Shown: positions 8,603 to 18,129, counted from the first letter of the stretch. The stretch is 64,000 nucleotides of DNA from an uncultured Planctomycetia bacterium (GCA_964423185.1 CAYRDK010000005.1:115930-179929); one strand, 5' to 3'. Notes: a model not told the origin generated them from the sequence alone. Made by a program: numbers and translations.

Positions 8603-9163
8603 TCAAGATTTTCTTTTTTTAATAAACTCAAAACCTTTTTTTATTGCTTCCTTATTCATCTCTACAACCTTGGGCCCTTTTCCATCAAAGCGTTCACTGA
8701 TTGATTTAGCAAGATCATCTAAATCCAGTTCCCCTGTTGCCGCCGCGTAAGCGCCCAAGAGGACTACATTGCTTAACAATGTCTTGCCCATAATCTCCAT
8801 GGAGATCTTGTTTCCGGGAACAATATAAAGCTTTTGTGACCCTTTGGGCTTGGGAATCTCCATGCCTTCCCTTTCATTGACAACGGCAACACCATTATCT
8901 TTAAACCCCACATAACAATCAAAACCGCGCATTAACGTCGCATCAACAACAATCAGATAATCCGGCTGATTAACCTGGCTGCGTAAACGCACAGGCTTAT
9001 CGTCAATGCGGACAAACGCGTTCATGGGAGCGCCCATGCGTGCCGCCCCAAAATGAGGAAAAGCATATGGATACTTACCTTTATGAAAATACGCATACCC
9101 TAAAATGCTGGCGGTTGTAATAGCACCCTGCCCCGCTCTGGCATGAATCCTGATCTCCTTCAT
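8603..9163 (-). CDS. porG: Pyruvate:ferredoxin oxidoreductase gamma subunit
   Basis: IRIHARAGQGAITTA…FGAARMGAP is the PorG signature order. Confidence 0.9.
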   Translation of the reverse strand: MKEIRIHARAGQGAITTASILGYAYFHKGKYPYAFPHFGAARMGAPMNAFVRIDDKPVRLRSQVNQPDYLIVVDATLMRGFDCYVGFKDNGVAVVNEREGMEIPKPKGSQKLYIVPGNKISMEIMGKTLLSNVVLLGAYAAATGELDLDDLAKSISERFDGKGPKVVEMNKEAIKKGFEFIKKRKS

Positions 9164-9332
9164 CTAAATCCTCCTGTTCTATCCTTTTTATATGTAAAAA
9201 CAAATTTTTTGATATCACCCGTCTATCCTGAAAACATCCAGATACACAAAAACGACTAAAAACACCATCAAAAGATGATGCTGTTTTAATAAACTTTAAA
9301 TTTAATATGGCTAAATGTCAGGAAGAAACTAT

Positions 9333-9361
9333 ATTATAATAGCTACCTAAAATTTAATCAA
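9333..9361 (-). promoter_or_regulatory. sigma70-like promoter, TTGATT-17 nt-TATAAT, upstream of porG
   Basis: On the minus strand, 9361-9356 is TTGATT, the spacer is 17 nt and 9338-9333 is TATAAT. This implies a 5' leader of about 165 nt. Confidence 0.4.
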
Positions 9362-9457
9362 CACTTTTTGCGCAGACTTTTTTACAGACTATTTTCGCGA
9401 GGAGATAAGAATCAAAGAGGTGACGAAAAAATAATTTTAAGCCGAATAATTCTTTAA

Positions 9458-9907
9458 TTAATGCACCAACTGCCTTGAATTACACTCATCACATAACCCA
9501 AAAAACTCTAAACGGTGCGAATAAATCCTAAAACCCGTAACAGAGCGAACCTTATCGTCAAGCTCCTTAATCGCGGGTATACGGATATCATAAATCTTAT
9601 GGCAATTCTTGCAAATAAAATGATAATGTGAATGCACAACCGCGTCAAAATGGCTTAAGCCAGTGCCAAAATCCAATTCCCAAATCTGCCCTTGCTCCTT
9701 TAGAATTCTTAAATTCCGGTAAACTGTGCCCAAACTTAACCGGGGAAATTTACTTTTAAGCTTCTTATAAACCTGGTCAGCCGTTGGATGTTCTTTGCTG
9801 TTGGTCAACAGTTCAAGAATCTTCTGCCGCTGTTTTGTAATCCTATAGGCGCTATCCTTATCCGTTTCTTGAACTTTACCTGCCATATTTTTTTTGGTCT
9901 TCTTCAT
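9458..9907 (-). CDS. Fur-family metalloregulator (PerR-like by context)
   Basis: A winged helix (HPTADQVYKKL…LGTVYRNL) is followed by HSHYHFICKNCHKIYD and CDEC metal sites. Confidence 0.85.
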   Translation of the reverse strand: MKKTKKNMAGKVQETDKDSAYRITKQRQKILELLTNSKEHPTADQVYKKLKSKFPRLSLGTVYRNLRILKEQGQIWELDFGTGLSHFDAVVHSHYHFICKNCHKIYDIRIPAIKELDDKVRSVTGFRIYSHRLEFFGLCDECNSRQLVH

Positions 9908-10096
9908 TTAAATCTCCTTAACTTTGCCTATATTAGTAAATATCTCTGCCTGGCACTGCCCATGTTTCAACAGGCCAAGCCAAACTTACGCTTATCGCTT
10001 TATAGACGATCTATAATAAATCAATGTGAAACAAGACAAGAATATTTTTGAGGTAAGGCTTGTAACCAGTAGCAACAAGACAAAATTATATAAAAT

Positions 10097-10146
10097 TAAT
10101 AATAATTATTATTACTAATAATATAATAATTTTTGCGTCCTGTCAA
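10097..10146 (-). promoter_or_regulatory. Promoter TTGACA-17 nt-TATTAT, with an 18-bp perfect AT palindrome (Fur/PerR-box-like) just downstream of the -10
   Basis: On the minus strand, 10146-10141 is TTGACA and 10123-10118 is TATTAT. The palindrome TAATAATAATTATTATTA occupies 10097-10114. Confidence 0.45.
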
Positions 10147-10153
10147 TATAAAA

Positions 10154-10654
10154 CTAATCCTTCAGCAGGCCGGGGTAATCCCGTGGCAGGTCATTGCCTT
10201 GATATTGAATAGTGCCGTTCGCAGCGATTAAAACATATGTTGGGACTCCAATAACACCATAACGGGTGGCTGTTTTAGAATCCGCATCCAACAAAACCTC
10301 TAAAGCCAAATTTTTATTCTCAATAAAAGATTTAACCTTTTGGCGGCTCTCGCCCACATCAATGAGCAACAGTTGAATCTTCTGTTCTTTATAAACATCT
10401 TGTTTTTTAGAAAGTTCTGAAACCGTCTTGATACAATACGGGCACCACGTCGTGAAAAAAAACATAATAACAGGCTGGCCTTTAAAATCTGACAACGAAA
10501 CACTCTCGCCGCTTTCTGAAGACTCCAGTACAAAATCGGCAGCTTTTACATTAGAACGGCCTTTTTCCAAACGCGCGGAGGCCAAGAGATTCCCCGTTAG
10601 AAGGAAAAACAGGCACAACGATAAAAAAAATACCCTCTTCAATATTCTCTTCAT
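10154..10654 (-). CDS. TlpA/ResA-like periplasmic thiol-disulfide oxidoreductase
   Basis: It has a signal peptide, the WCPYC active site in FFFTTWCPYCIKT, and GVIGVPT. Confidence 0.8.
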   Translation of the reverse strand: MKRILKRVFFLSLCLFFLLTGNLLASARLEKGRSNVKAADFVLESSESGESVSLSDFKGQPVIMFFFTTWCPYCIKTVSELSKKQDVYKEQKIQLLLIDVGESRQKVKSFIENKNLALEVLLDADSKTATRYGVIGVPTYVLIAANGTIQYQGNDLPRDYPGLLKD

Positions 10655-11322
10655 ACAAGCAACCTCCCCATATTAATCAAAAAGTATTCCCCCGCTAAAA
10701 TTAAAAGGATTCCGCCAACCTTCTCAATCGTATACATCCACTTACCAGACTTGGGCATATTCACCAGAATACCGCTAAAAGTACCCGCCAAGATAAGCAA
10801 AGTCCCCATACCATAAGCAAAACTGAACAACAGGATAATTCCGTAAAAAAGATTCTGTTTTGTAGCTACAAAAACAAGGATTGTCCCTAAAACAGGCGCG
10901 GTACACGGCCCAACGATTAAACCTGAAATTAATCCTAATAGAAAAACAGAAAACTTGGATTTCGGGCTCTTAATCTTATTTAATAGGGGTGCCGGAATAT
11001 GCACCTCAAAAACACCCAGCATCGATAAACCAAATATAACACAAATATTTCCAATAATGAAAAAAGAGATCGGGCTCGAACTGATTTGCCCAAATATCTT
11101 TCCTGTCAAGCTGGCAAAAACCCCCAAGATACAATAGGTGATAGACATACCCAAAACATAAATCAGGCTTAATAAAAACGCGTGAAACTTATCTTTCTGT
11201 GAAGAAGCTCCAATATAGCCGATTGTGATCGGCAAAAGCGGATAAACACAAGGCGAAAAACTCACTAAAATACCCGCGCCAAAAGCCAAAAGTATTTCTA
11301 AAGGATTCCCTCCTGAAATCAT
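10651..11322 (-). CDS. ccdA: Cytochrome c biogenesis/thiol-disulfide transporter CcdA (DsbD core)
   Basis: SFSPCVYPLLP and GPCTAPVLG are the two conserved Cys motifs, and the protein has six TM segments. Confidence 0.85.
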   Translation of the reverse strand: MISGGNPLEILLAFGAGILVSFSPCVYPLLPITIGYIGASSQKDKFHAFLLSLIYVLGMSITYCILGVFASLTGKIFGQISSSPISFFIIGNICVIFGLSMLGVFEVHIPAPLLNKIKSPKSKFSVFLLGLISGLIVGPCTAPVLGTILVFVATKQNLFYGIILLFSFAYGMGTLLILAGTFSGILVNMPKSGKWMYTIEKVGGILLILAGEYFLINMGRLLV

Positions 11323-11660
11323 ACCTGCCTACCCTTCCCTTTACGGCTACAACATTCAGCCTCAATCCAATCCAAATATGCCTTATTCCCGGCAATAATC
11401 GGAAAAGCAATAACCTCACACACCCGATAACTATGCTTTTCTTTGATAACCTTGACCAATCGCTTCAAGAGGCTACGTTTTGTTTTAATGATTAAAAGAG
11501 ACTCTTGAGCCTTGTCAATCTTAGACTGCCACCAAAAAAAAGAGTCAATAGATTTTATTATATTCACACAAGCACATAGCCTCGATTCAAGCAATATCTG
11601 AGCCAAAAAGCCAGATTCTTTACCTTTTGGTGCCGTCACAAAAACAACACAATAACCCAT
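11319..11660 (-). CDS. cutA: Divalent-cation tolerance protein CutA
   Basis: VVFVTAP…CACVNI…SFFWWQSKI…E…LIIKT is the CutA1 fold signature. Confidence 0.85.
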   Translation of the reverse strand: MGYCVVFVTAPKGKESGFLAQILLESRLCACVNIIKSIDSFFWWQSKIDKAQESLLIIKTKRSLLKRLVKVIKEKHSYRVCEVIAFPIIAGNKAYLDWIEAECCSRKGKGRQV

Positions 11661-11663
11661 CTT

Positions 11664-12575
11664 CTACTCCGATTGCAATAAATAACGCGAAACTCCCAAG
11701 ACAGCCTTGGCCCCTTCGCCGGCGGCAACAATAATCTGCTTCTCCGGGATATCCGTCACATCACCCGCGGCAAATATACCAGCAACGCTTGTGCGGTTTG
11801 AACTGTCCACTTTGATTTCCATCTTACTATTTTTCTCCACAAAATCAATCATTTCTGAATTGGGGACAGAACCGATTTCAACAAAAACTCCCTGGACGGC
11901 AAGCTCTTTTAAATCCTGCCCATGCTGAAAAATAATCTTTTCCACGAAAGTTTTCCCTGCAATTTCCTGCACGCGCGCATTATTAAAAATATCCACCTTC
12001 ACGGACTCTTCAACCTTCCGGCGCATAATCATATCGCCGCCCAACTGCGCGTTGATATTAATTAAATAAACTTTTTGCGCAATATTAACCATCTGCAATA
12101 CTGCGTCCAGCGCGGAATTGCCTCCGCCAATAACAGCAATAGTTTTCTCAGCAAAAACCGGGCCGTCGCATGTCGCGCAATACGTCACACCCTTATTACA
12201 GTACGCCTCTTCCCCTTTCACATTAAGAGGGTTGGAGCGCCGGCCGGAAGCGATGATAACTGACTTAGCCGCAAAGACAGAACCCTGAACTTCCAGATGA
12301 AAATAGTTACGCTCGCCACGCAAAATCCGCCGGACAGGCTTATTCTTCACAACAGCAACGTCAAACTGCTTCAAATGCTGCTCAAACTTATCAACAAGGT
12401 CAATACCCCTCACCAGCTGATAACCTGTATAATTCTCAACGTCCGCGCTCCAAAGCGTCTGGCCTCCAACATCATCTGTAACAATTAAAAGGTCTAGCCC
12501 TTTCCTCGCGGCATATATCCCGGCGGTGATACCCGCGGGGCCCGCTCCAACAATGATGAGGTCATGATAAATCAT
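11664..12575 (-). CDS. trxB: Thioredoxin-disulfide reductase (low-Mr type)
   Basis: GAGPAG, the redox-active CATCDG, GGGNSA and GDV are all present. Confidence 0.9.
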   Translation of the reverse strand: MIYHDLIIVGAGPAGITAGIYAARKGLDLLIVTDDVGGQTLWSADVENYTGYQLVRGIDLVDKFEQHLKQFDVAVVKNKPVRRILRGERNYFHLEVQGSVFAAKSVIIASGRRSNPLNVKGEEAYCNKGVTYCATCDGPVFAEKTIAVIGGGNSALDAVLQMVNIAQKVYLININAQLGGDMIMRRKVEESVKVDIFNNARVQEIAGKTFVEKIIFQHGQDLKELAVQGVFVEIGSVPNSEMIDFVEKNSKMEIKVDSSNRTSVAGIFAAGDVTDIPEKQIIVAAGEGAKAVLGVSRYLLQSE

Positions 12576-12805
12576 AAGCCGAGCTTGGCATTAATTCTAG
12601 CCTGGTCAAAACCAACAATAACGTCCCCATCAATCACTACCACAGGAACGCCCATCTGGCCGCTGAGGCCTATCATTTCTTGAAGCCCGGCCTGATCTGA
12701 TGAAACATCAATATTCTCAAACATGACACCTTTTTGTTGCAGATAGTTTTTAACTCTCACACAAAAAGGGCAAGCCGGTGTTGAGAAAACTCTTACCTGA
12801 GCCAT
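12572..12805 (-). CDS. Glutaredoxin-like protein (NrdH/YruB type)
   Basis: FSTPACPFCVRVKNYL and GVPVVVIDG are present. I moved the start to MAQVRV because GGAGG lies 6 nt upstream; the ORF track starts at 12838. Confidence 0.8.
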   Translation of the reverse strand: MAQVRVFSTPACPFCVRVKNYLQQKGVMFENIDVSSDQAGLQEMIGLSGQMGVPVVVIDGDVIVGFDQARINAKLGL

Positions 12806-12875
12806 AGCACCTCCTCTTTCATGATGCGTATCGCACATTCTGCCCGCGCTATTAAAACATCTGCCATATAATGAA

Positions 12876-13694
12876 CTATTTAAATACTTTATTCAACCAC
12901 TTTGAATGATCAGGAGACTCTAAAGAACTAAAAAGTTCTTCTTCTTGAATAAACCTTATCTCCTTCTGAAGTTTTTTCAAACACGATGAAGCCTCTTTAG
13001 CTAGCTTCCTGAATGAAGCCTTATCTAAAACAAGTTTGTCATTTTTGAGTTTTTTATAAAAAGAAACCAGCTTTTCCTCAATCTTTATCGCCATTTTTAA
13101 GGCTCCAATCAAAGAAAACCCCTGAGGTTTCATGTGGAGCCCTTCAAGCATACGAGACGCACCCGGCTCATATATTTCACCCGTTAGCTCCTGCAGATTC
13201 GCGATAAGCAGTTTCTTATGGACAAGCGACTCCTGATACATAATGCGAAAATTTTCTTTAACTTTGCCATTCTTTGTGTGCACCGTTACATATTTAGAAA
13301 ACTTCGCGGCAGCATGCTCTAAATCAACCGCGGCTTTAAGCCCATGATAAGCACTAAGCGCCTGCGTATCTTTTCTAACCATCAGCTTGATTTGAGCAAC
13401 GATCTCCTCGGCTTCTGGAAAATCATCCTGCTTAGCAACCAAGATACCGCCTTTAAAATAAAGCAGTGTCGGAATAACCCGGACACTAAACTCTTCCTGT
13501 TTTTTATTATCCTTCACATTGAGCCTGAAGAATAACATTTTGGAGGCATAATTTTTACTGGCTTCCTGTATGCGCTGGGCCATCGTTTTACAAATAATAC
13601 ACTCCGGGCTGGCGCACTCAACCAAAACCGGAAGGGCAGATTTCAACACGATCGCGTCAAATTGCGAATCATTAATCTCAATCATCTTAATCAT
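12876..13694 (-). CDS. Atypical thioredoxin-fold domain (CIIC) fused to an all-helical domain of about 165 aa
   Basis: The N-terminus …PVLVECASPECIICKTM…VIPTLLYFKGG is a Trx fold, but CxxC is C-I-I-C. The C-terminal helices carry DLEHAAAKF and AIKIEEKLVSFY. Confidence 0.6.
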   Translation of the reverse strand: MIKMIEINDSQFDAIVLKSALPVLVECASPECIICKTMAQRIQEASKNYASKMLFFRLNVKDNKKQEEFSVRVIPTLLYFKGGILVAKQDDFPEAEEIVAQIKLMVRKDTQALSAYHGLKAAVDLEHAAAKFSKYVTVHTKNGKVKENFRIMYQESLVHKKLLIANLQELTGEIYEPGASRMLEGLHMKPQGFSLIGALKMAIKIEEKLVSFYKKLKNDKLVLDKASFRKLAKEASSCLKKLQKEIRFIQEEELFSSLESPDHSKWLNKVFK

Positions 13695-13874
13695 ATTATT
13701 TCACCCTCATAAGAATAGAAATCCTGAAGCTAATCCCCGCGGGATGTATCATGCGGATAAAACCTTATCAGCTCTGAACCATCAGCCTTTCATAAAAAAC
13801 AACAACAGGCTAATTTGTATGATACCATGGATCAAGATACCATTCAAGGCGGACAGAACAATTTTATTCTTTTT

Positions 13875-14621
13875 TTACAACATCTCAACCAAAAACATAC
13901 TTCTGCCAGCGCCTGAGCCTTCTTTCCGATAAGAAAAAAACTCGTTGTTATGGCATGAAGTACAAATCAAACTGTCATAAATAGCATCTTTTCTGATTCC
14001 TGAAGCAACAAGCTGATCCATAGCGGCCTCCTGTAAATCAAAATAGATTTTTTTGCCGCGCCAAATTAAAAAATTATCAAAATGTTGCAAAAACTCTTCC
14101 CCTACTTCATAGCAACAAGGCCTGATAGACGGCCCAACAACAACCAGTAACTCAGACGGCTTTACGCTCAAACGGCTAACCATGGCATAAACTGTCTTTG
14201 AGATAATTAACTTCTCTATACCGCGCCAGCCAGCATGAATCAATGCCATCGCCTTCCTGTTCTTATCTAAAATAAAAATAGGAAGGCAATCAGCCGTCAA
14301 AATGCCCATAGGCAGCCGGCGCGCATCTGTAACAAAAGCATCTGTAGCATCAATGGCTGTTATTCGATTCAAGCCCCCGCAACCTCTTTGTGCGCGTACG
14401 GTAAAAAAAATACCGTCACCGTGCACCTGATTAGGACAAACAATTTCATGCCCGCTTACCTCCATAGCCTCATAGGCCTGCCGCCGGCTGGAAACCCCAA
14501 AGTCATCTTCAAAAGCCATATTGTAATCACGTGTTGTAATAAAACCTCGAACCTGAAACTTTTCTAAAAGCGGGATTCGGTAAAAACCTTTATCTTTTTT
14601 TAAAACAAGAAGGTTCGGCAT
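13875..14621 (-). CDS. pgeF: Peptidoglycan editing factor PgeF/YfiH (DUF152, laccase-domain protein)
   Basis: NQVHG, TADCLPIF, HAGWRG and CTSC are the family motifs. Confidence 0.85.
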   Translation of the reverse strand: MPNLLVLKKDKGFYRIPLLEKFQVRGFITTRDYNMAFEDDFGVSSRRQAYEAMEVSGHEIVCPNQVHGDGIFFTVRAQRGCGGLNRITAIDATDAFVTDARRLPMGILTADCLPIFILDKNRKAMALIHAGWRGIEKLIISKTVYAMVSRLSVKPSELLVVVGPSIRPCCYEVGEEFLQHFDNFLIWRGKKIYFDLQEAAMDQLVASGIRKDAIYDSLICTSCHNNEFFSYRKEGSGAGRSMFLVEML

Positions 14622-14635
14622 AATGTGGATTTTAA

Positions 14636-14869
14636 TCAGCTAAGAACTTCAATAGTTTTATGATGGGAATGCTCCCCCCTGATAATTACAATAGAACTCT
14701 TACTGACACGATAATACCGGGCGAGCATATCTACAAGGGCCTTATTGGCTTTACCCTTCTCAGGCGCAACCGTCAAATATACTTTTAATAATCCGCCTTC
14801 TTCTTTGACCTGATTACGGGAAGACTTGGGGACAACCTTAACTTTAATCAACATTTTGGAAACATTCAC
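14636..14869 (-). CDS. DUF167 (YggU) family protein
   Basis: VKVVPKSSRNQV…L.VYLTVAPEKGKAN.AL matches the family. Confidence 0.75.
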   Translation of the reverse strand: MNVSKMLIKVKVVPKSSRNQVKEEGGLLKVYLTVAPEKGKANKALVDMLARYYRVSKSSIVIIRGEHSHHKTIEVLS

Positions 14870-16032
14870 AATTCCTGATCAATGGCCTCGGGTTCTTCCA
14901 GCTTAATCTGAACAATGCCGTCTTTTTCCTGCCGCAGCTCTTCGATCTTCTTCAACTGTTTATCCAGCTGATTTTTACGCGTTGTACATAGTTTTTCATA
15001 CTCTTCCTGGGCCTCATCAATCTTTTCCCCTATCTTATCCAATGAAGCACAAAATAAAAAATATTGTTTCTCAAAAGAAGCCAAAACATCCAAAATCCTG
15101 TGAGCTGTACGCTCAAGGTTAAAATTATCAACGGCCTGGCGGATAACAGCCAAAATAGCGAATAAAGTCAACGGAGAACAGAAAATAACCCGTTGTTTCA
15201 TCGCCTCATCTAAAACAGACCTGTCATTTTCATTAACAAAAGCATAAACTTGTTCATTAGGAATAAAAACAATCACGTATTCCATAGTCTGATGCTCGGG
15301 ATCTATATAATCTCTCGTCGTAACTTCTTTAATACGATTTTTCACATCGCGCAAAAATTGCTCTTTATAAGCCTGTTTTTCCTGATCCGCTTGCGCTTCA
15401 AAAAAACGCAAGTAGTTATCCAAGGGGAATTTTACATCCATATTAACTCGCAGGCCCTTCGGCAGAAAAAAAGTATAATCCGGCCTTCCAGCCCCTTGAG
15501 CCTTCTGTTTGACATAATTAACGCCTTCGATAAAACCGGCCATGCGAAGCACATCTTCAGCCATCCGTTCACCCCATTGCCCTCTAGTCTTCGTATTAGT
15601 CAAAGCCATCTTAAGCTGTTGGGCCGTTTCCTGCAACTTGGACGTTTCCTGGGCCATCTGGCCCAATCCTAATGACAACTGGGCAAACTTATTTTCTCTG
15701 TCTTTCTCTAAAGACTTCATCAAATCCTTAACCTTCTCCAACTCCCCTCTCATATCGAAAACAGACTGATCAATCAGCTTCTTCTTGCCTTCTAAATCCT
15801 TATCAACGGAGAGCGACAAGGTATAGAGCTTCTCCTGCGCCAATTGCAGAAAATGCTCGCTGTTTTTCGACAAAGCCTCATAAGACAAACTGGCAAAAAC
15901 CCCTTTAAGTTTATCCACCGCGTCACCCATCTGCTTATCCGATTCAGCGGTAAGTTTTCTTTTTACGGAGAAGACGATAAAAAACACTCCTAAACCCAAT
16001 ATTAATCCGACTAACAACATAATATAATTCAT
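14866..16032 (-). CDS. rmuC: DNA recombination protein RmuC
   Basis: An N-terminal TM segment is followed by a coiled coil, then TRGQWGE…RPDY…DVKFPL…VIVFIPNE. Confidence 0.85.
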   Translation of the reverse strand: MNYIMLLVGLILGLGVFFIVFSVKRKLTAESDKQMGDAVDKLKGVFASLSYEALSKNSEHFLQLAQEKLYTLSLSVDKDLEGKKKLIDQSVFDMRGELEKVKDLMKSLEKDRENKFAQLSLGLGQMAQETSKLQETAQQLKMALTNTKTRGQWGERMAEDVLRMAGFIEGVNYVKQKAQGAGRPDYTFFLPKGLRVNMDVKFPLDNYLRFFEAQADQEKQAYKEQFLRDVKNRIKEVTTRDYIDPEHQTMEYVIVFIPNEQVYAFVNENDRSVLDEAMKQRVIFCSPLTLFAILAVIRQAVDNFNLERTAHRILDVLASFEKQYFLFCASLDKIGEKIDEAQEEYEKLCTTRKNQLDKQLKKIEELRQEKDGIVQIKLEEPEAIDQEL

Positions 16033-16139
16033 ATACTTTGCCTTCCTTTTAGCCGGAATGGCTACCTATCCATTAATACACAATCTTATTTCCCTTGCCG
16101 GTCTCATTATATCCACCTTAAAAGAATTTGTCATGGATT

Positions 16140-16522
16140 TTAATACTGGCATTGAAATAGCACATATTTCCTAACCATGCGACAAGGACGGTACGACTCT
16201 TTGGCAAGGCGCATCCCCTCAACACCTAAATCCTGCTGGCGGTTTATATAGATATACTGCGATGGCAGGGAAGAAACAAACAAATTATTAACCATCTGAT
16301 AAATGCCGACAAATTGCCCATTAGCCTTCTCTATTCGGCAATGCACAATAGAAATTCATCTAACATGAAAAGTTCAAACTGATAAACCTGAGGCCAGGCA
16401 AAAATATTGGTAAACGTCAATTCCGATACCTCAGGAGGGATTTTTTTTACACACCGGTCAAAGAAAGGCTTATCCGAAAGCTCAATCGGCCTTTTCTGCG
16501 GAAATACAGGAATAGGCTCCAT
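16140..16522 (-). pseudogene. Decayed DUF2156 (MprF C-terminal-like, aminoacyl-lipid synthase fold) remnant
   Basis: ORF 16331-16522 carries the N-terminal motif LTFTNIFAWPQVY. ORF 16140-16346 carries the C-terminal motif NRQQDLGVEGMRLAKESYRP…KY. They are in different frames, about 130 aa in total, versus about 290 aa in my recollection of the family. Confidence 0.5.
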
Positions 16523-17375
16523 CTATATCCAGCCCCTTTTTCTCTAAATAACGGCCTCTTAAGATTGTCTTATAAGCTAGTTCGCAAACATGTCTCCGCT
16601 GCATCCTTCTACTAAAACTATCTTCTATATCAGGCAGTTTCAAACAAGGGTGAACCTGAACAATAACTTTGATAGACCTGCATGTCAAAAGATTAAAAAA
16701 ATGATCTATAAATGTCATATCGCCGTACCAGTAAATCATATCCCTATTATCAGCCGCCACAGAAAAACCATCCACGCTTCGATAAGATAAACTAACCGGT
16801 ACAACACTGGCCCCGACAGCTAAAGGCGCCTCAAAAAAAGTCGCCACAAAAGGAAGCAGCCGATCCCCATTGGAAGAGGTACCTTCTGGAAAATACAACA
16901 CATTCCCCCCTGCCCCAAGCGTCTCAGCCATTTCCTGAATCGCCCCTAAAAGATAACCCTTATGATTCCTGTCAACAAATAATGTCCCTGATATCTCCGT
17001 CATAAAACCAATCAAAGGCCATTTTTTAAGTTCCGTCTTCGTGACATACACAACCGGAAACAAAGCGCCTAGAATAAAACCATCCAGATAACTGAGGTGG
17101 TTACTGACAAAAAATTTCCCGCAACAATCAACTTTAAGGCTTGAAATATCCCCCTTCACCTCTATTTTGATACCCATTAAAAATACAAGGCAACGGGCGA
17201 ACAACTGAGTCAATTTCGTTGTCAGGCTCCTCCTGCGGGGAGCTTTATAAAAAACAAAACAAAAACGCAATACAACAGCTATGAATAAATAAGAAAAAAA
17301 ACACGCGAAACAAGCCGCGAGTTTTAAGAAAGCCTTCAAGTATCTCAAAAAAGAGAGCGCCCTGTCATGCTTCAT
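16482..17375 (-). CDS. Lysophospholipid/lyso-aminolipid O-acyltransferase (PlsC/OlsA-like)
   Basis: It has an N-terminal TM segment, the HX4D motif NHLSYLDG, and FPEGTSS. Confidence 0.8.
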   Translation of the reverse strand: MKHDRALSFLRYLKAFLKLAACFACFFSYLFIAVVLRFCFVFYKAPRRRSLTTKLTQLFARCLVFLMGIKIEVKGDISSLKVDCCGKFFVSNHLSYLDGFILGALFPVVYVTKTELKKWPLIGFMTEISGTLFVDRNHKGYLLGAIQEMAETLGAGGNVLYFPEGTSSNGDRLLPFVATFFEAPLAVGASVVPVSLSYRSVDGFSVAADNRDMIYWYGDMTFIDHFFNLLTCRSIKVIVQVHPCLKLPDIEDSFSRRMQRRHVCELAYKTILRGRYLEKKGLDIDGAYSCISAEKAD

Positions 17376-18129
17376 AAGAAAAAAAGTTATCGAGCCCGAG
17401 CCGTTTTAAAAAAACCGCATTGATTTCACTTATTTTCAACATCATAAAAAAATCAACTGTCCCAAATTCATAATCTAAAATCGGATCACTGCAAACAACC
17501 GCCCCCAGTTTTAAATATGACCGGACAAGAGCCGGAATTCTGGACAAGATATCCTTTTCCTGCCCAATGATGTCAATATCAATCTTAAGGCCGAAAATCT
17601 CGCGCCCCTGCCTGGGCTTAACTAAAAAAGCATCTTTAGCGCCATGTTTAATTTTAAGTAAACGGTATATTTTGCTGATCTCAAGAAGATCTGTCGTATA
17701 AACACTGGAACAACCGATGATATATTTTACATCATTGGCTTTTACATATTCCAAAATGGCGCGCCAAAGCAGGATAACAACAGCACCTTGACGATAATCC
17801 TTGTGAACACAAGAACGCCCTAATTCTAGAAAGTCCCCCGCATTGCTTTTAATCTTGCTAAGATCAAACTCGTTTTCTGAATAAAAACTGCCGCCGTTTT
17901 TTAATTTTTTCCCCAAAAGCAAACGATATGTCCCAACAACCTCTTCTTTTTTTCTATCGATGATTATAATATGATCACATATGGCGTCATACTCATCTTC
18001 GTCAAGGCCCGAAGCATAAGACTGTTCCAAGCCTTTCTGAAGCTCTATGTTAAAGACTTTAAAACGAAGGCGCTTTGCCGAATCGACCTCTTCTCTACTC
18101 TGCGCAAACTTTACAAGAAAATCATCCAT
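17365..18129 (-). CDS. GNAT-type N-acyltransferase of the OlsB/GlsB ('hemolysin-like') family
   Basis: AKRLRFKVFNIEL…DEDEYDAICDHIIIID…VVGTYRLL is the typical family N-terminus. It overlaps the downstream acyltransferase by 11 nt. Confidence 0.75.
   Translation of the reverse strand: MDDFLVKFAQSREEVDSAKRLRFKVFNIELQKGLEQSYASGLDEDEYDAICDHIIIIDRKKEEVVGTYRLLLGKKLKNGGSFYSENEFDLSKIKSNAGDFLELGRSCVHKDYRQGAVVILLWRAILEYVKANDVKYIIGCSSVYTTDLLEISKIYRLLKIKHGAKDAFLVKPRQGREIFGLKIDIDIIGQEKDILSRIPALVRSYLKLGAVVCSDPILDYEFGTVDFFMMLKISEINAVFLKRLGLDNFFSYEA

Noticed and set aside
10055-10153. The very AT-rich stretch was considered as a replication origin or DNA-unwinding element
   Set aside because: It has no DnaA-box-like TTATCCACA repeats and no dnaA or dnaN nearby. 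It is better explained as a promoter and operator.
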